Below are positions 5,859-6,193 of a DNA stretch of 6,193 nucleotides, piece by piece (position 1 is the stretch's first letter; each line of letters begins with the position of its first letter). This DNA comes from a virus. Lineage: Duplodnaviria > Heunggongvirae > Uroviricota > Caudoviricetes. A program made the position numbers and the translations under genes. Under the pieces are notes generated by a model. The model saw only the letters and a program-made list of their open reading frames with translations. It did no database searches and was not told the DNA's origin. The stretch is taken from IMG/VR virus record IMGVR_UViG_2693429700_000016. One strand, given 5' to 3'.

Positions 5859-5978
5859 AAAAGATAGAGGCGAGCCGGTCAGGTAGAAATGAATCAGGCT
5901 CAAAGTGAAGCGGAAAAGGTCTGTGGCACAAACTGATACAGCCATAATTACAGCCTGATGATTTGTGGAATGAAACAT
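5859..5978 (-). CDS. Small ORF (40 aa, hydrophobic) with strong ribosome-binding site; hypothetical
   Basis: Minus-strand ATG at 5978-5976 preceded by AAGGAGGT with a 5-nt spacer (revcomp of 5979-5995 = AATTAAGGAGGTTCAAC). My translation: MFHSTNHQAVIMAVSVCATDLFRFTLSLIHFYLTGSPLSF, stop at 5859-5861. Below the ORF-track length cutoff. Confidence 0.3.
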
Positions 5979-6069
5979 GTTGAACCTCCTTAATTAATGT
6001 TATTCGAGTGAGGAAGGCATTCTGTCCTTCTATAGTGTCCAGTAAATCAAACAGGAAACTTGTCCAACG

Positions 6070-6094
6070 TGAACCGCCCCGGGTTTCCTGGAGA
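6070..6094 (+). repeat. IS terminal inverted repeat (IRR-like)
   Basis: TGAACCGCCCCGGGTTTCCTGGAGA; partner of 109-133. Confidence 0.75.
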
Positions 6095-6111
6095 GTGTTT
6101 TATCTGTGAAC

Positions 6112-6193
6112 TCAGGCTGCCAGATCATCGTTTCCGATGGAAGCATAATAAGCTTTTTCTGCTTCTGCCGGAGGAGTATGGCCCAGCCTTCCC
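6112..6193 (-). CDS. IS3-family transposase OrfB, C-terminal fragment (partial)
   Basis: Minus-strand frame gives ...GRLGHTPPAEAEKAYYASIGNDDLAA then stop at 6114-6112, about 42 nt inside the IS terminus. The TPPAEAEKAYY tail looks like IS3-family integrase C-termini. Frame choice is my judgement. Confidence 0.5.
   Translation of the reverse strand, partial: GRLGHTPPAEAEKAYYASIGNDDLAA

Larger units (their letters stand above)
6070..6193 (-). mobile_element. Partial IS3-family insertion sequence (IS629/IS1203-like), right end: IRR-type terminus plus 3' end of transposase OrfB; element body lies beyond the right edge
   Basis: Plus strand from 6070 reads TGAACCGCCCCGGGTTTCCTGGAGAGTGTTTTATCTGTGAACTC, matching the left-end terminus at 13/13 nt and the TCCTGGAGA block. 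No OrfA start within 125 nt, so this is the OrfB-proximal end. Confidence 0.75.

Noticed and set aside
5801-5910. Short plus-strand ORFs after GGAGG/AGGA (ATG 5805, about 20 aa; TTG 5801, about 35 aa)
   Set aside because: Very short, ambiguous starts, no recognisable product; kept only as a note.
6125-6193. Alternative OrfB frame ending ...SGRSRKSLLCFHRKR with stop at 6127-6125
   Set aside because: The frame ending at 6114-6112 gives a transposase-like tail (TPPAEAEKAYY). A third frame would read through the IS terminus into flanking DNA.

Overview
The window is a ~5.9 kb fragment of a lambdoid prophage late-control/lysis region, bounded on both sides by IS3-family (IS629/IS1203-like) ends. 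Left to right: IS left end with the transposase OrfA 5' fragment (1-133, minus); an ORF that starts 8 nt from the IS end and is probably 5'-truncated (141-572); a DUF968-like protein with a C-terminal HNH-like motif (574-1569); a short Q-type late antiterminator (1588-1932); a convergent, AT-rich three-gene cassette on the minus strand (1958-3685) ending at a hairpin terminator next to the Q stop; a GC-normal leader (3686-4085); then holin S, endolysin R, spanins Rz with embedded Rz1, and bor on the minus strand; a small ORF with a strong ribosome-binding site; and a second IS end (6070-6193). The lysis genes R/Rz/Rz1/bor match phage lambda closely from memory, while the holin is a different allele. 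The main candidate for something undescribed is the three-gene cassette: it sits at the Q-S moron hotspot (where stx, nmpC and cspB/cspF sit in other lambdoid prophages), is compositionally foreign (about 30% GC against about 50% in flanking genes, estimated from sampled lines), is tightly coupled, and shows no catalytic motif I can recognise. Its function cannot be determined from sequence alone; anti-phage defence or another lysogen-benefit role is a hypothesis, not a result. No tRNA, rRNA or CRISPR array was seen.
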